Shown here: piece after piece, positions 7,961-14,593 of the stretch
Layout of the letters: the number at the start of each line of letters is the position of its first letter
Numbering within the stretch: position 1 is the first letter of the stretch
Assembly (NCBI GenBank): GCA_963846315.1
Contig: CAWJVM010000007.1
Coordinates: 24,288-88,287, forward strand
From: an uncultured Gammaproteobacteria bacterium
GTDB lineage: Bacteria > Pseudomonadota > Gammaproteobacteria > Steroidobacterales > Steroidobacteraceae
DNA length: 64,000 nucleotides
Reading direction: 5' to 3'
The notes under the pieces: generated by a model
The model's input: only the letters and a program-made list of their open reading frames with translations
The model's database searches: none
What the model was told of the DNA's origin: nothing
Made by a program: the position numbers and the translations under genes

Positions 7961-9075
7961 CTGAGAGTCCGTGCCGGCTGGGCGTACGCATCCCGCCGAG
8001 TCAATGTCACCCGACAATAGCCAGGTCCCCATTGAACGCGGCGTTCCCACTCTGACTCGATGTGCTCTCCGGTTGATCGAACAACCCAACTGCCACCGGC
8101 AGCCTTTCGTACAACATCCCCTTCGGATGTTCGATTGCGGATGTAAGCGGGTAGGGCACGCCACTGTGCGAGTCGCTTGGCGGAGTCGAAGCCACCGACG
8201 CCAAAGAGCCGCGCGCCTTTCGGCAGAGAACGTCCCTGGTCGCCTTTGCTAGCGTACTTGGTGATGTAAGCCGGGCCGCAGCGGGCCTTCTCGATGCGAG
8301 TGAGTCCATGCGGCCACAGGGCCTTGCGTTGGCGACCCATGGCAGTGTCGGGCTTCGGCAGTCGAAGGCCGGACGGAACCCACCAGAGCACGTGGTAATG
8401 CGGAGCGCCGCGCATCTGCATCTCAAGAACCCACTCGTATGCATAGACGATTTTGCGTGCCTCGAGCCAGCCCCGCATGCGCTTCACGTATTCGGTGATC
8501 TGGCGTGGCGAGTACTCGACGCCCGGCGCGTAGGTGAGCGTCACCATGATGCATTGGCAGTTGACGCCGGAATCCGCGAACAATGAGCGAACCGTATCCG
8601 CATGGTGACCAACGACGAGCTTCAACTTTCTAAGCCGGGCCGACTGCGCGAGTTCGCGGGTCGCGTCGTAATGACTTGTTGCAGTGAACGAGATGGATTG
8701 AATCGCGGACGTGTCACTTGTTTGTTTTCCGACAAGCCCAGAGGGGAGGGCATTGTGATCGGCGGAGCAGGGGCCGTCTCCAACGGCCTCCCTGCCCTCG
8801 CCGGCAGTGATGGTCTGCAGACTACTAGTCTCGGAACCATCACCGGCCACAGCAACGCTCTCCGTAGCCGACGGCGATTCAAGGCCTACCGGTCCCGGAT
8901 GGTTTAGCGTGGACGCGGCCGATATCGGCGTAACGTTGGGTTCAGGTTCCGCGCTCGTACAGTGGCCCCGGCTGCCGGATCGCCCCGGAGGGGACGCGCC
9001 TTCGGCGCTCGACGCCTGCGGCGTCCTAAGAGGTGCCTCCGGCCCCGCAGCACGGCTCTCCGTCGCCGGGGTCAT
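7957..9075 (-). CDS. rolling-circle replication initiator (HUH endonuclease, phiX174 gpA / phage CRI-like)
   Basis: 372-aa ORF. HUH motif in GAPHYHVLWWV. Catalytic Tyr motif AYITKYASKG (compare phiX174 A: YVAKYVNK). Motif-1-like IMVTLTYAP. Disordered Ser/Ala/Pro-rich N-terminus. The start overlaps the upstream gene stop (ATGA at 9072-9075). Confidence 0.8.
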   Translation of the reverse strand: MTPATESRAAGPEAPLRTPQASSAEGASPPGRSGSRGHCTSAEPEPNVTPISAASTLNHPGPVGLESPSATESVAVAGDGSETSSLQTITAGEGREAVGDGPCSADHNALPSGLVGKQTSDTSAIQSISFTATSHYDATRELAQSARLRKLKLVVGHHADTVRSLFADSGVNCQCIMVTLTYAPGVEYSPRQITEYVKRMRGWLEARKIVYAYEWVLEMQMRGAPHYHVLWWVPSGLRLPKPDTAMGRQRKALWPHGLTRIEKARCGPAYITKYASKGDQGRSLPKGARLFGVGGFDSAKRLAQWRALPAYIRNRTSEGDVVRKAAGGSWVVRSTGEHIESEWERRVQWGPGYCRVTLTRRDAYAQPARTLS

Positions 9076-9413
9076 GCGGACCTTAGGATGCGGCAGTATT
9101 CCTCAAGGTCCCGTGGGTCTTTGCTCGCCAGGTCTCGCGCCAGCTGAACGATCAGCCAGTGTGCGCGCAGCTGTCTGGGACCGAACTCGTGGCCATCTGG
9201 GTCCACCAGATGATCGCGGCGGATAGCGAATCCTTTCCATAGGTCGTCAAGGACGCGGCCGTCACGATAAAGAGCAAACAGACGCATCGCCTGACGGGAC
9301 GGCTTACGGGCCCCGGACTTGTAGAGACGAGCCGTCGCAACGGAAACGCCGCACCAACGCGCAATCAGCTGGTCGGGGTAAACGTAGAAGATTGATAACG
9401 GTCGAGCAGGCAC
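9072..9413 (-). CDS. DUF3653-like phage protein, candidate XafT-type Xer activation factor
   Basis: Track ORF 9072..9626. The conserved-looking part starts about LSIFYVYPDQLIARWCGVSVATARLYKSGARKPSRQAMRLFAL (HTH-like), followed by ...WKGFAIRRDHLVDPDGHEFGPRQLRAHWL. I place the start at GTG 9413, with GAGGAA 9 nt upstream. The upstream part of the track ORF overlaps non-coding repeat blocks. Family assignment is from memory of DUF3653. Confidence 0.55.
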   Translation of the reverse strand: MPARPLSIFYVYPDQLIARWCGVSVATARLYKSGARKPSRQAMRLFALYRDGRVLDDLWKGFAIRRDHLVDPDGHEFGPRQLRAHWLIVQLARDLASKDPRDLEEYCRILRSA

Positions 9414-9448
9414 AGCAAGACATTCCTCGACTGAGGAACCTTGCCCGC

Positions 9449-9653
9449 GTGGCGACGGTCGTGCCGGTGTTTCACGAAACCTGCTGTCGTACCAGGCTGG
9501 TGCGCTGTTGCCAGCGCCCATTTCCGACAGACCGGACCTTGAGCCACGCTGCTCGGTAGCGCCGTCCGAATCCTTCCGATGCGGCCTACGAGACGAAGCA
9601 TAAGACGGCGAAGGCGGTCGAGGCAAAGGTGGCTCCGGTCCACTTGGGACCGG
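9449..9653 (+). repeat. conserved non-coding blocks, copy B, ending in a perfect hairpin next to dif
   Basis: The same three blocks as 6087-6171, separated here by an extra insertion of roughly 100 nt. Hairpin CCGGTCC-ACTTG-GGACCGG at 9635-9653, 11 nt before dif. Confidence 0.7.
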
Positions 9654-9664
9654 GCCATCCTATT

Positions 9665-9692
9665 GGTACGCATAATGTATATTATGGTAAAT
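9665..9692 (+). other. dif: chromosomal dif site (XerC arm - core - XerD arm)
   Basis: GGTACGCATAA-TGTATA-TTATGGTAAAT matches the E. coli dif 28-mer as recalled (GGTGCGCATAA-TGTATA-TTATGTTAAAT) at 26 of 28 positions. Confidence 0.85.
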
Positions 9693-10038
9693 CACCTAAT
9701 GAAATTGATAGCTGGAGCCTGATGTCGCTGTGGCTGTCCTGCATTTTTGGGAACCGCCCTTCGTCATTTTGGGAACGTGCCGCTCCAGGCTGACCGACCG
9801 AGGGTTTCGTCGACTACATCTTCAGGAGTGCGCGTACGGGTCTCAGGAACTGCTAATTGGATGGGCTCACCCTATCGAGACCTGAGTCGCTGAATGCAAA
9901 CAAACTCACACCGCTTTACGTTGTCGCCGCTTTCGCTCGAGGCCGTCGATTGCCTTGAGCCGGCCGTGCGTTGGCGCCTGTGTCGCCCGATTCATCGGTC
10001 ACGGAGCTTTTCCTGGGAACCGTGCCGAACGGGCGTTG

Positions 10039-10054
10039 TGACATACTGACATAC
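10039..10054 (+). promoter_or_regulatory. tandem 8-bp direct repeat, candidate VapB operator
   Basis: TGACATAC-TGACATAC lies immediately upstream of the vapB start (10063/10075). Confidence 0.3.
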
Positions 10055-10062
10055 ACTCCGGT

Positions 10063-10320
10063 ATGCTTCGACATATGAGAACCACGGTCCGTCTCGACGA
10101 GGGTCTTCTGGAGCAGGCGCGCCGCGAGGCTGCCCGGCGCGGCGTCACGCTGACGGCACTGATCGAACAGGGCCTGCGGATGGCGCTCCGTCGACCACGA
10201 CCCTCGTCCCGCGCGGAACGGGTTCGGCTGCCCGTGAGCCGCGCCACGGGCGGCGTACTGCCGGGGATCGATCTGAACGATTCCGCCGATCTGCTCGACC
10301 GGATGGACGAGCGTAGTTGA
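10063..10320 (+). CDS. vapB: type II antitoxin, VapB-like
   Basis: 85 aa. (MLRH)MRTTVRLDEGLLEQARREAARRGVTLTALIEQGLRMAL is a typical RHH/VapB-type N-terminus. The stop overlaps the toxin start (TTGA). Confidence 0.8.
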   Translation: MLRHMRTTVRLDEGLLEQARREAARRGVTLTALIEQGLRMALRRPRPSSRAERVRLPVSRATGGVLPGIDLNDSADLLDRMDERS

Positions 10321-10742
10321 TCCTTCCGGACGTCAACGTCCTGATCTACGCGTACCGGGTCGACTCGCCGGACCATTCACGGTACAAGGCGTGGCTCGAA
10401 GACGTCGTGAACGGTCCCGCGACGTTCGGCCTGGCGCCGAACGTACTCTCCGCGGTTGTCCGCGTCTGCACGCACCCGCGGATCTTCGCCGTCCCGAGCG
10501 ATTCGGCCGAGGTGTTCGAGTACGCCAATGCGCTGATCGGCCAGCCCAATGCGACGCTTGTGCAGCCTGGCGAGCGACACTGGTCGCTGTTCCAGCAGAT
10601 CTGCCGCGATTCGCGCGCGACCGGCAATCTCGTTCCCGACGCCTGGAATGCAGCGCTCGCCATCGAGGCGGGCTGCGAATGGATCACGACCGACCGGGAC
10701 TACACGCGCTTTGCGGGACTGAAGTGGCGCACGCCGTTCTGA
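10317..10742 (+). CDS. vapC: type II toxin, PIN-domain ribonuclease VapC
   Basis: 141 aa with a TTG start. LPDVNVLIYA...NLVPDAWNAALAIEAGCEWITTDRDYTRF carries the conserved acidic PIN residues (D5, E, D, D). Confidence 0.85.
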   Translation: MILPDVNVLIYAYRVDSPDHSRYKAWLEDVVNGPATFGLAPNVLSAVVRVCTHPRIFAVPSDSAEVFEYANALIGQPNATLVQPGERHWSLFQQICRDSRATGNLVPDAWNAALAIEAGCEWITTDRDYTRFAGLKWRTPF

Positions 10743-10851
10743 CGACGTAAGTCTCGCCAGACTTCTTGGCTGACCGAGGATCAGCTAGCCGACTGGATTG
10801 CTGCCCACTCAACGGCGCAGGGCTGAGACGGACCGGCCCCGATCCCCGCCT

Positions 10852-11217
10852 TCACTCTTTAGGATTCGGCCCGAACCGGTTCGCACCCGGCTGGCTGTCC
10901 AGCACCATGAACACCAGCACCACGAGAGCCCCGACGAGGGGAACAAACTCAAGCAGCACCCACCAGCCGCTGCGGTCGGTGTCGTGCAGTCGGCGCACGG
11001 TGACCGCCAGGGTCGGGATGAACGTCGCCAGCACGAACAGCCCGCTGAGCAAGCCGATTCCCGCCTCCTCGTTGAGCGTGCCGGTGACCCCGTCCACGAT
11101 CGCGAGTGCGACGATCGCAAGGACGTAAAACAGCACGAAGTACCAGTACTCGCTTCGTCGCGCCCGCCCTTCGAACGTTGCGTACTTTTTCGTCAGCGCT
11201 TCCAGGAACCATTTCAT
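10852..11217 (-). CDS. DUF805 family inner-membrane protein (YhaH/YhaI-like)
   Basis: MKWFLEALTKKYATFEGRARRSEYWYFVLF...VTVRRLHDTDRSGWW is the DUF805 signature. Start moved to ATG 11217 (GGGAGA upstream); the track ORF extends to 11331. Confidence 0.85.
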   Translation of the reverse strand: MKWFLEALTKKYATFEGRARRSEYWYFVLFYVLAIVALAIVDGVTGTLNEEAGIGLLSGLFVLATFIPTLAVTVRRLHDTDRSGWWVLLEFVPLVGALVVLVFMVLDSQPGANRFGPNPKE

Positions 11218-11475
11218 CGCCACCGTCTCCCTGCTTTTGAGATCCCCGCAACCTACCCCCGACCCCTCACTGGGACATCCGGAGTTACCCTCAGGACCCA
11301 CCGGCCAGGGTGCTCCTGACATCGCGCGCATCGAAATTCACACGACCACGGACGCGGTGCCGACGCATGAGAAATGGCGATGACCACTGTCGCCAAACAG
11401 AAACACTTTCGTCACGCGCTCGACCTTGCTGTCGTTGGATACTCCATTCAGGAACCGCCGAGGAGCGCGCGTCCA

Positions 11476-11688
11476 ATGCGCTGGAACGAAACGATGAAAG
11501 CCGCCGCACTCGTCATCGCAGCCGAGCGCACGACCCCACCCGATCGGAGCGTCGACTACGCGGCGCACAGCTGGAACGCGTACGACGTCTGGCTGTCGCG
11601 GGTCCGGCCGCCACACGACCTCTCTGACCAGATCTCAATGAGTGACTTGGTGACAAAGCGGCGCCAGGACACCGTGCTGCGCGACTAA
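11476..11688 (+). CDS. small hypothetical protein
   Basis: In-frame ATG 11476 with AGGAG 10 nt upstream. G/C-rich third positions. No recognisable motif. Confidence 0.3.
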   Translation: MRWNETMKAAALVIAAERTTPPDRSVDYAAHSWNAYDVWLSRVRPPHDLSDQISMSDLVTKRRQDTVLRD

Positions 11689-11734
11689 TTTCCCCGTTCG
11701 TGAACCCGCCGCCGCCCCGATCGCCGCAAGGCGC

Positions 11735-12205
11735 CTAGAGACGCGAGAGCGCTTTCTTCGCGATCGCCTTGGCCATGTCCATGGACTTGGGTCCGGTCGG
11801 CAAGGTCACCCGCACGATCACGGCACCTTTCTTCGCGTACAGGTCCACCCAACCATTAGTGTCGGGATTGGCGAAAGCGTCGGCGCCAAGTTCCGGCAGT
11901 GACACCGGCGTCTTGCCGCCGTTGCGGGTCTTCCATGCCTTGAGGTCCCCGTCGTGCAGGGAGACGTCGACGAAGCTCGGGCCGTTGACGGGTTCGAAGG
12001 AACAGGTGACCTCTCCCGACGCCGGGTCGGTCGCCTTGGGCGTCCCCGCAAGCTTGCCGACAATCGCCTGCATCTCGGCGGCGGTGACGAGACTGCAGGG
12101 ATTGAGGACGGCCGCCTCGGCCTGCACGAAAAGCAACGCGCCGCCCGCGAAGACGGCCGTGGCGCGCAGCAACGAGTTCAGCGAACGCAAAGCGGATGAG
12201 TTCAT
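11735..12205 (-). CDS. secreted hypothetical protein
   Basis: Start at MNSSALRSLNSLLRATAVFAGGALLFVQAEA (signal peptide). Two Cys residues. No recognised family. Confidence 0.6.
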   Translation of the reverse strand: MNSSALRSLNSLLRATAVFAGGALLFVQAEAAVLNPCSLVTAAEMQAIVGKLAGTPKATDPASGEVTCSFEPVNGPSFVDVSLHDGDLKAWKTRNGGKTPVSLPELGADAFANPDTNGWVDLYAKKGAVIVRVTLPTGPKSMDMAKAIAKKALSRL

Positions 12206-12530
12206 CGCGACGTCTCCCCGTGAGAGTTGTTCGGTGGCATTCACACGATACACGGCTGGGTCCTGGCGGCAGCCTTCAATTGCGTCGGCCCGCCATCCTC
12301 ACTGCCGGCACGTCGACGGCAGGTACCTCGGTGCCACGCTGGTGTATTGCGTGTGCGCACGGATCGCAGGCGTGACGCCGTCCGGCACCGCCGCCAGGCC
12401 GCATTTCGCACAGAACATTCTTCACTCCCTGCGCTGTTCCAAAGACCCCGACGGTTGGGTAAGGGTAGACTTTCAAGGTGCACGATTTTCAAGCACTGTA
12501 GCCGCAGACGATACTGAGCCGAGGACCGCG

Positions 12531-12950
12531 ATGACCGACAAGTCCGACCACGATACGCGCTGGCGACTCGTGCGCGATGTCGTGGTGTTCCAGATCAAGC
12601 TGGGCATGGAGGCGGTGCTGGACATCACGCTGATCCCGGTGTCACTTGCAGCCGCCGGGCTGGATCTGCTGCTGGGGAACTGGCGACGGCCAAAATGGTT
12701 CCACGCGGTGCTGCGGTTCGGCGAGCGCTGCGAACACCGGATCAACCTGTGGGGCGTCCCCACGCCCGGCGACGCTGCGCCTCCATCAGAGGCCGATGCG
12801 CTCATGCGCAGCATCGAAGCCCTGATCCGCCGTCCGGGAACTGGACCGGACAAGGTGCGTGAACTCAGGCGCTGGGCCGCCACGAAGCTTGCGCCGAGTG
12901 GCGACAGCGACCTGCAACCTCCTGACCGTCGTAACGATCTGCCGGGCTGA
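12531..12950 (+). CDS. small membrane protein, hypothetical
   Basis: ATG 12531 (MTDKSDHDTRWRLVRDVVVFQIKLGMEAVLDITLIPVSLAAAGLDLLL...). It is the 3' part of the 393-aa track ORF, whose upstream part is antisense shadow of 11735..12205. Confidence 0.55.
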   Translation: MTDKSDHDTRWRLVRDVVVFQIKLGMEAVLDITLIPVSLAAAGLDLLLGNWRRPKWFHAVLRFGERCEHRINLWGVPTPGDAAPPSEADALMRSIEALIRRPGTGPDKVRELRRWAATKLAPSGDSDLQPPDRRNDLPG

Positions 12951-12982
12951 GGCGGGTCGGGGCGGCTGGATATCGGTGATCG

Positions 12983-13008
12983 AAAAAAAAGCCCGGCGGG
13001 TGCCGGGC
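12983..13008 (-). terminator. rho-independent terminator (for 13037..13603; the hairpin may also serve the convergent + gene)
   Basis: GCCCGGC-GGGT-GCCGGGC stem-loop (12991-13008), followed on the minus strand by T8 (A-tract 12983-12990). Sits between convergent genes. Confidence 0.75.
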
Positions 13009-13036
13009 TTGATGCCGCCTCGACCGTGGCCGGCGA

Positions 13037-13603
13037 CTATTTCATCAGCGTGACGTGTCCCGTGTAGTTCTTCCGGGTCTGACCATCCGCAACCGTACAG
13101 GACGTCTCGACCACGTCCGTGAACTCGTAGCGCTGTCCTCGCGCAACAACGACGGCGTGCGGGAAATGCGTGCCCGTGGCGCAGGCACCGGCCTTGCTCG
13201 CCGACGAACTCGGAGAGTCGCGGGTCACCACCGTGAACGTCGCGACGTCGCCCACCTTTGGCGGCGCCACGGCAGAGGCCGGCTGTCCGTCAGCAGTTGC
13301 CTCGGGGGCGGTACGCTTGCCGGAGGCCATGCCGGTGCTCACATCGCGGGGTGCACGGGCCTTCATCACCGACAGGTCCTGCACGTTGACCTTGCCAGCG
13401 CCGGCACCACTGCTCGTGGCCGCCGCGCCTGCGTTGCTGGCACCCCATGAAAATGACTCAATCTCGATACTCTGCGGGGCCGCCCCTTCCTTGCCCTGTC
13501 CCTTGACTGGATCAAGTTGCAGGAGGTAATCGGAGGCAGCCAAGACCGGCGCCGTCACCATCAGCAGTGACGAGACGGCGGCGATAATGCGAAGCGTGCT
13601 CAT
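13037..13603 (-). CDS. secreted Hcp-like (T6SS tube-fold-like) protein with signal peptide
   Basis: Start ATG 13603 (MSTLRIIAAVSSLLMVTAPVLAA). The mature N-terminus SDYLLQLDPVKGQGKEG...IEIESFSWGASN mimics the Hcp N-terminus (…FLKLDGIKGES…I.V.SFSWG). KVNVQDLSVMK and ...YEFTDVVETS also resemble Hcp strands. Confidence 0.55.
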   Translation of the reverse strand: MSTLRIIAAVSSLLMVTAPVLAASDYLLQLDPVKGQGKEGAAPQSIEIESFSWGASNAGAAATSSGAGAGKVNVQDLSVMKARAPRDVSTGMASGKRTAPEATADGQPASAVAPPKVGDVATFTVVTRDSPSSSASKAGACATGTHFPHAVVVARGQRYEFTDVVETSCTVADGQTRKNYTGHVTLMK

Positions 13604-13739
13604 GGACTGTCTCTCACCTGGAGTTTGGGAGCCTGAGTCTCCCACCGTCGGAGCGCGAAAAATCGTGACGTGGTCTGCCCTTTAGAAATCAAGGCGCGAA
13701 AATCCCACGGGAATCCTCGTCCGGCCTGCCCGCTCCAGC

Positions 13740-14177
13740 CTACGACTCGGCGACCTTCGATAAGCTGACCACGTTGCTCGGCATCGGCACGCTCGCGGTT
13801 GCACTCGGCTCGACCAGGCACCCCATGGAGCCATCCACGCGTGCGCCGCAGGTCATCTGCAGGGTCCGATAGCGGATCGCGCCCGTGATGCGCGCGTTCG
13901 CCTGCAACTCGATGAAATTGTGAACTTCGAGGTCCCCGCGGATCGTGCCGTTGACGACTGCGTCGTGCACCCGGACGTCGCCCTCGATGAGTCCGTGCTC
14001 GCTCAGCACCAGCAGCCCCTGCGCATCGGGTTTGGAGAGGATGTTACCGACGACATGACCGTCGATTCGCACGCCGTCCGTGACGATGACGTCACCTGCA
14101 ATCTCGACGCCGGCCGCGATCAGGCTCGACAACCGTGATACGTCGATGGAAGGCTGGTCGGTCTTTCTGCGAAACAT
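13740..14177 (-). CDS. bactofilin (polymer-forming cytoskeletal protein, CcmA-like)
   Basis: 145 aa. Repeated beta-helix pattern: IAAGVEIAGDVIVTDGVRIDGHVVGNI...IEGDVRVHDAVVNGTIRGDLEV...ARITGAIRY. Confidence 0.85.
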   Translation of the reverse strand: MFRRKTDQPSIDVSRLSSLIAAGVEIAGDVIVTDGVRIDGHVVGNILSKPDAQGLLVLSEHGLIEGDVRVHDAVVNGTIRGDLEVHNFIELQANARITGAIRYRTLQMTCGARVDGSMGCLVEPSATASVPMPSNVVSLSKVAES

Positions 14178-14221
14178 GAAGTGGTCCTCGATTGATCGGC
14201 ATCGATGTCGAACCCGAACGG

Positions 14222-14593
14222 TCAGTGCGTCCTGCCCGTCCGAGCACTTTGCGCATTGAAAAACTCAAGTCGGCTCGCGAGCTGAGTCTTCTCCTCATTC
14301 AGTTCCGCCACCTGACGAACGAGTGCGGCACGCGTCGAGTGTTCCAGGCTCAGCTCGGTCCGGGCACGCGCAAGATCCGCTCGTAGCGTTGCGTTCTCCA
14401 GCCGTAGCCCTGCCTGCTCATCCTCGGACTCGCGGCTGTCCACGTACAGCTGCCTGCCGATCAAGATCAGCAGGATGGCCAGCGCAGTCGCAGTGGCCAG
14501 CAGCAGCGCTTTGGTTAAGCGACGGTCGTTGTGAAACTCGAGGCGAGCGGTCGCGAGCCGCGTCGTTCGCGATCGCCTGCTGGGAAGCGTCAA
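14222..14593 (-). CDS. membrane-anchored coiled-coil protein
   Basis: 123 aa. TM helix (ALLLATATALAILLILIG) followed by a heptad-like segment. Its start overlaps the stop of the upstream M23 gene (4-nt overlap at 14590-14593). Confidence 0.6.
   Translation of the reverse strand: MTLPSRRSRTTRLATARLEFHNDRRLTKALLLATATALAILLILIGRQLYVDSRESEDEQAGLRLENATLRADLARARTELSLEHSTRAALVRQVAELNEEKTQLASRLEFFNAQSARTGRTH

Larger units (their letters stand above)
6859..9692. mobile_element. IMEX 3: TLC-like Xer-integrated satellite element (rep, xafT-like gene, 2 cargo ORFs), adjacent to functional dif
   Basis: Bounded by junction 3 and the canonical dif site. Encodes an RCR initiator and a DUF3653-like protein next to the dif-proximal end. 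No coat, assembly or zot-like genes. AT-richest part of the window. Confidence 0.6.

Noticed and set aside
9414-9626. N-terminal 71 residues of the 184-aa track ORF as part of the XafT-like protein.
   Set aside because: This part is Pro/Ser/Arg-rich. It overlaps the nucleotide repeat blocks that also occur in a clearly non-coding context at 6087-6171. A GTG with an SD at 9413 gives a protein of the expected size.
9746-10030. Three copies of TGGGAAC(C)GTGCCG-like sequence (about 9746, 9769 and 10012) as sigma-54 promoters or repeats.
   Set aside because: They do not fit the TGGCAC-N5-TTGC spacing or consensus. The copies are short and imperfect, and no downstream gene is positioned appropriately.
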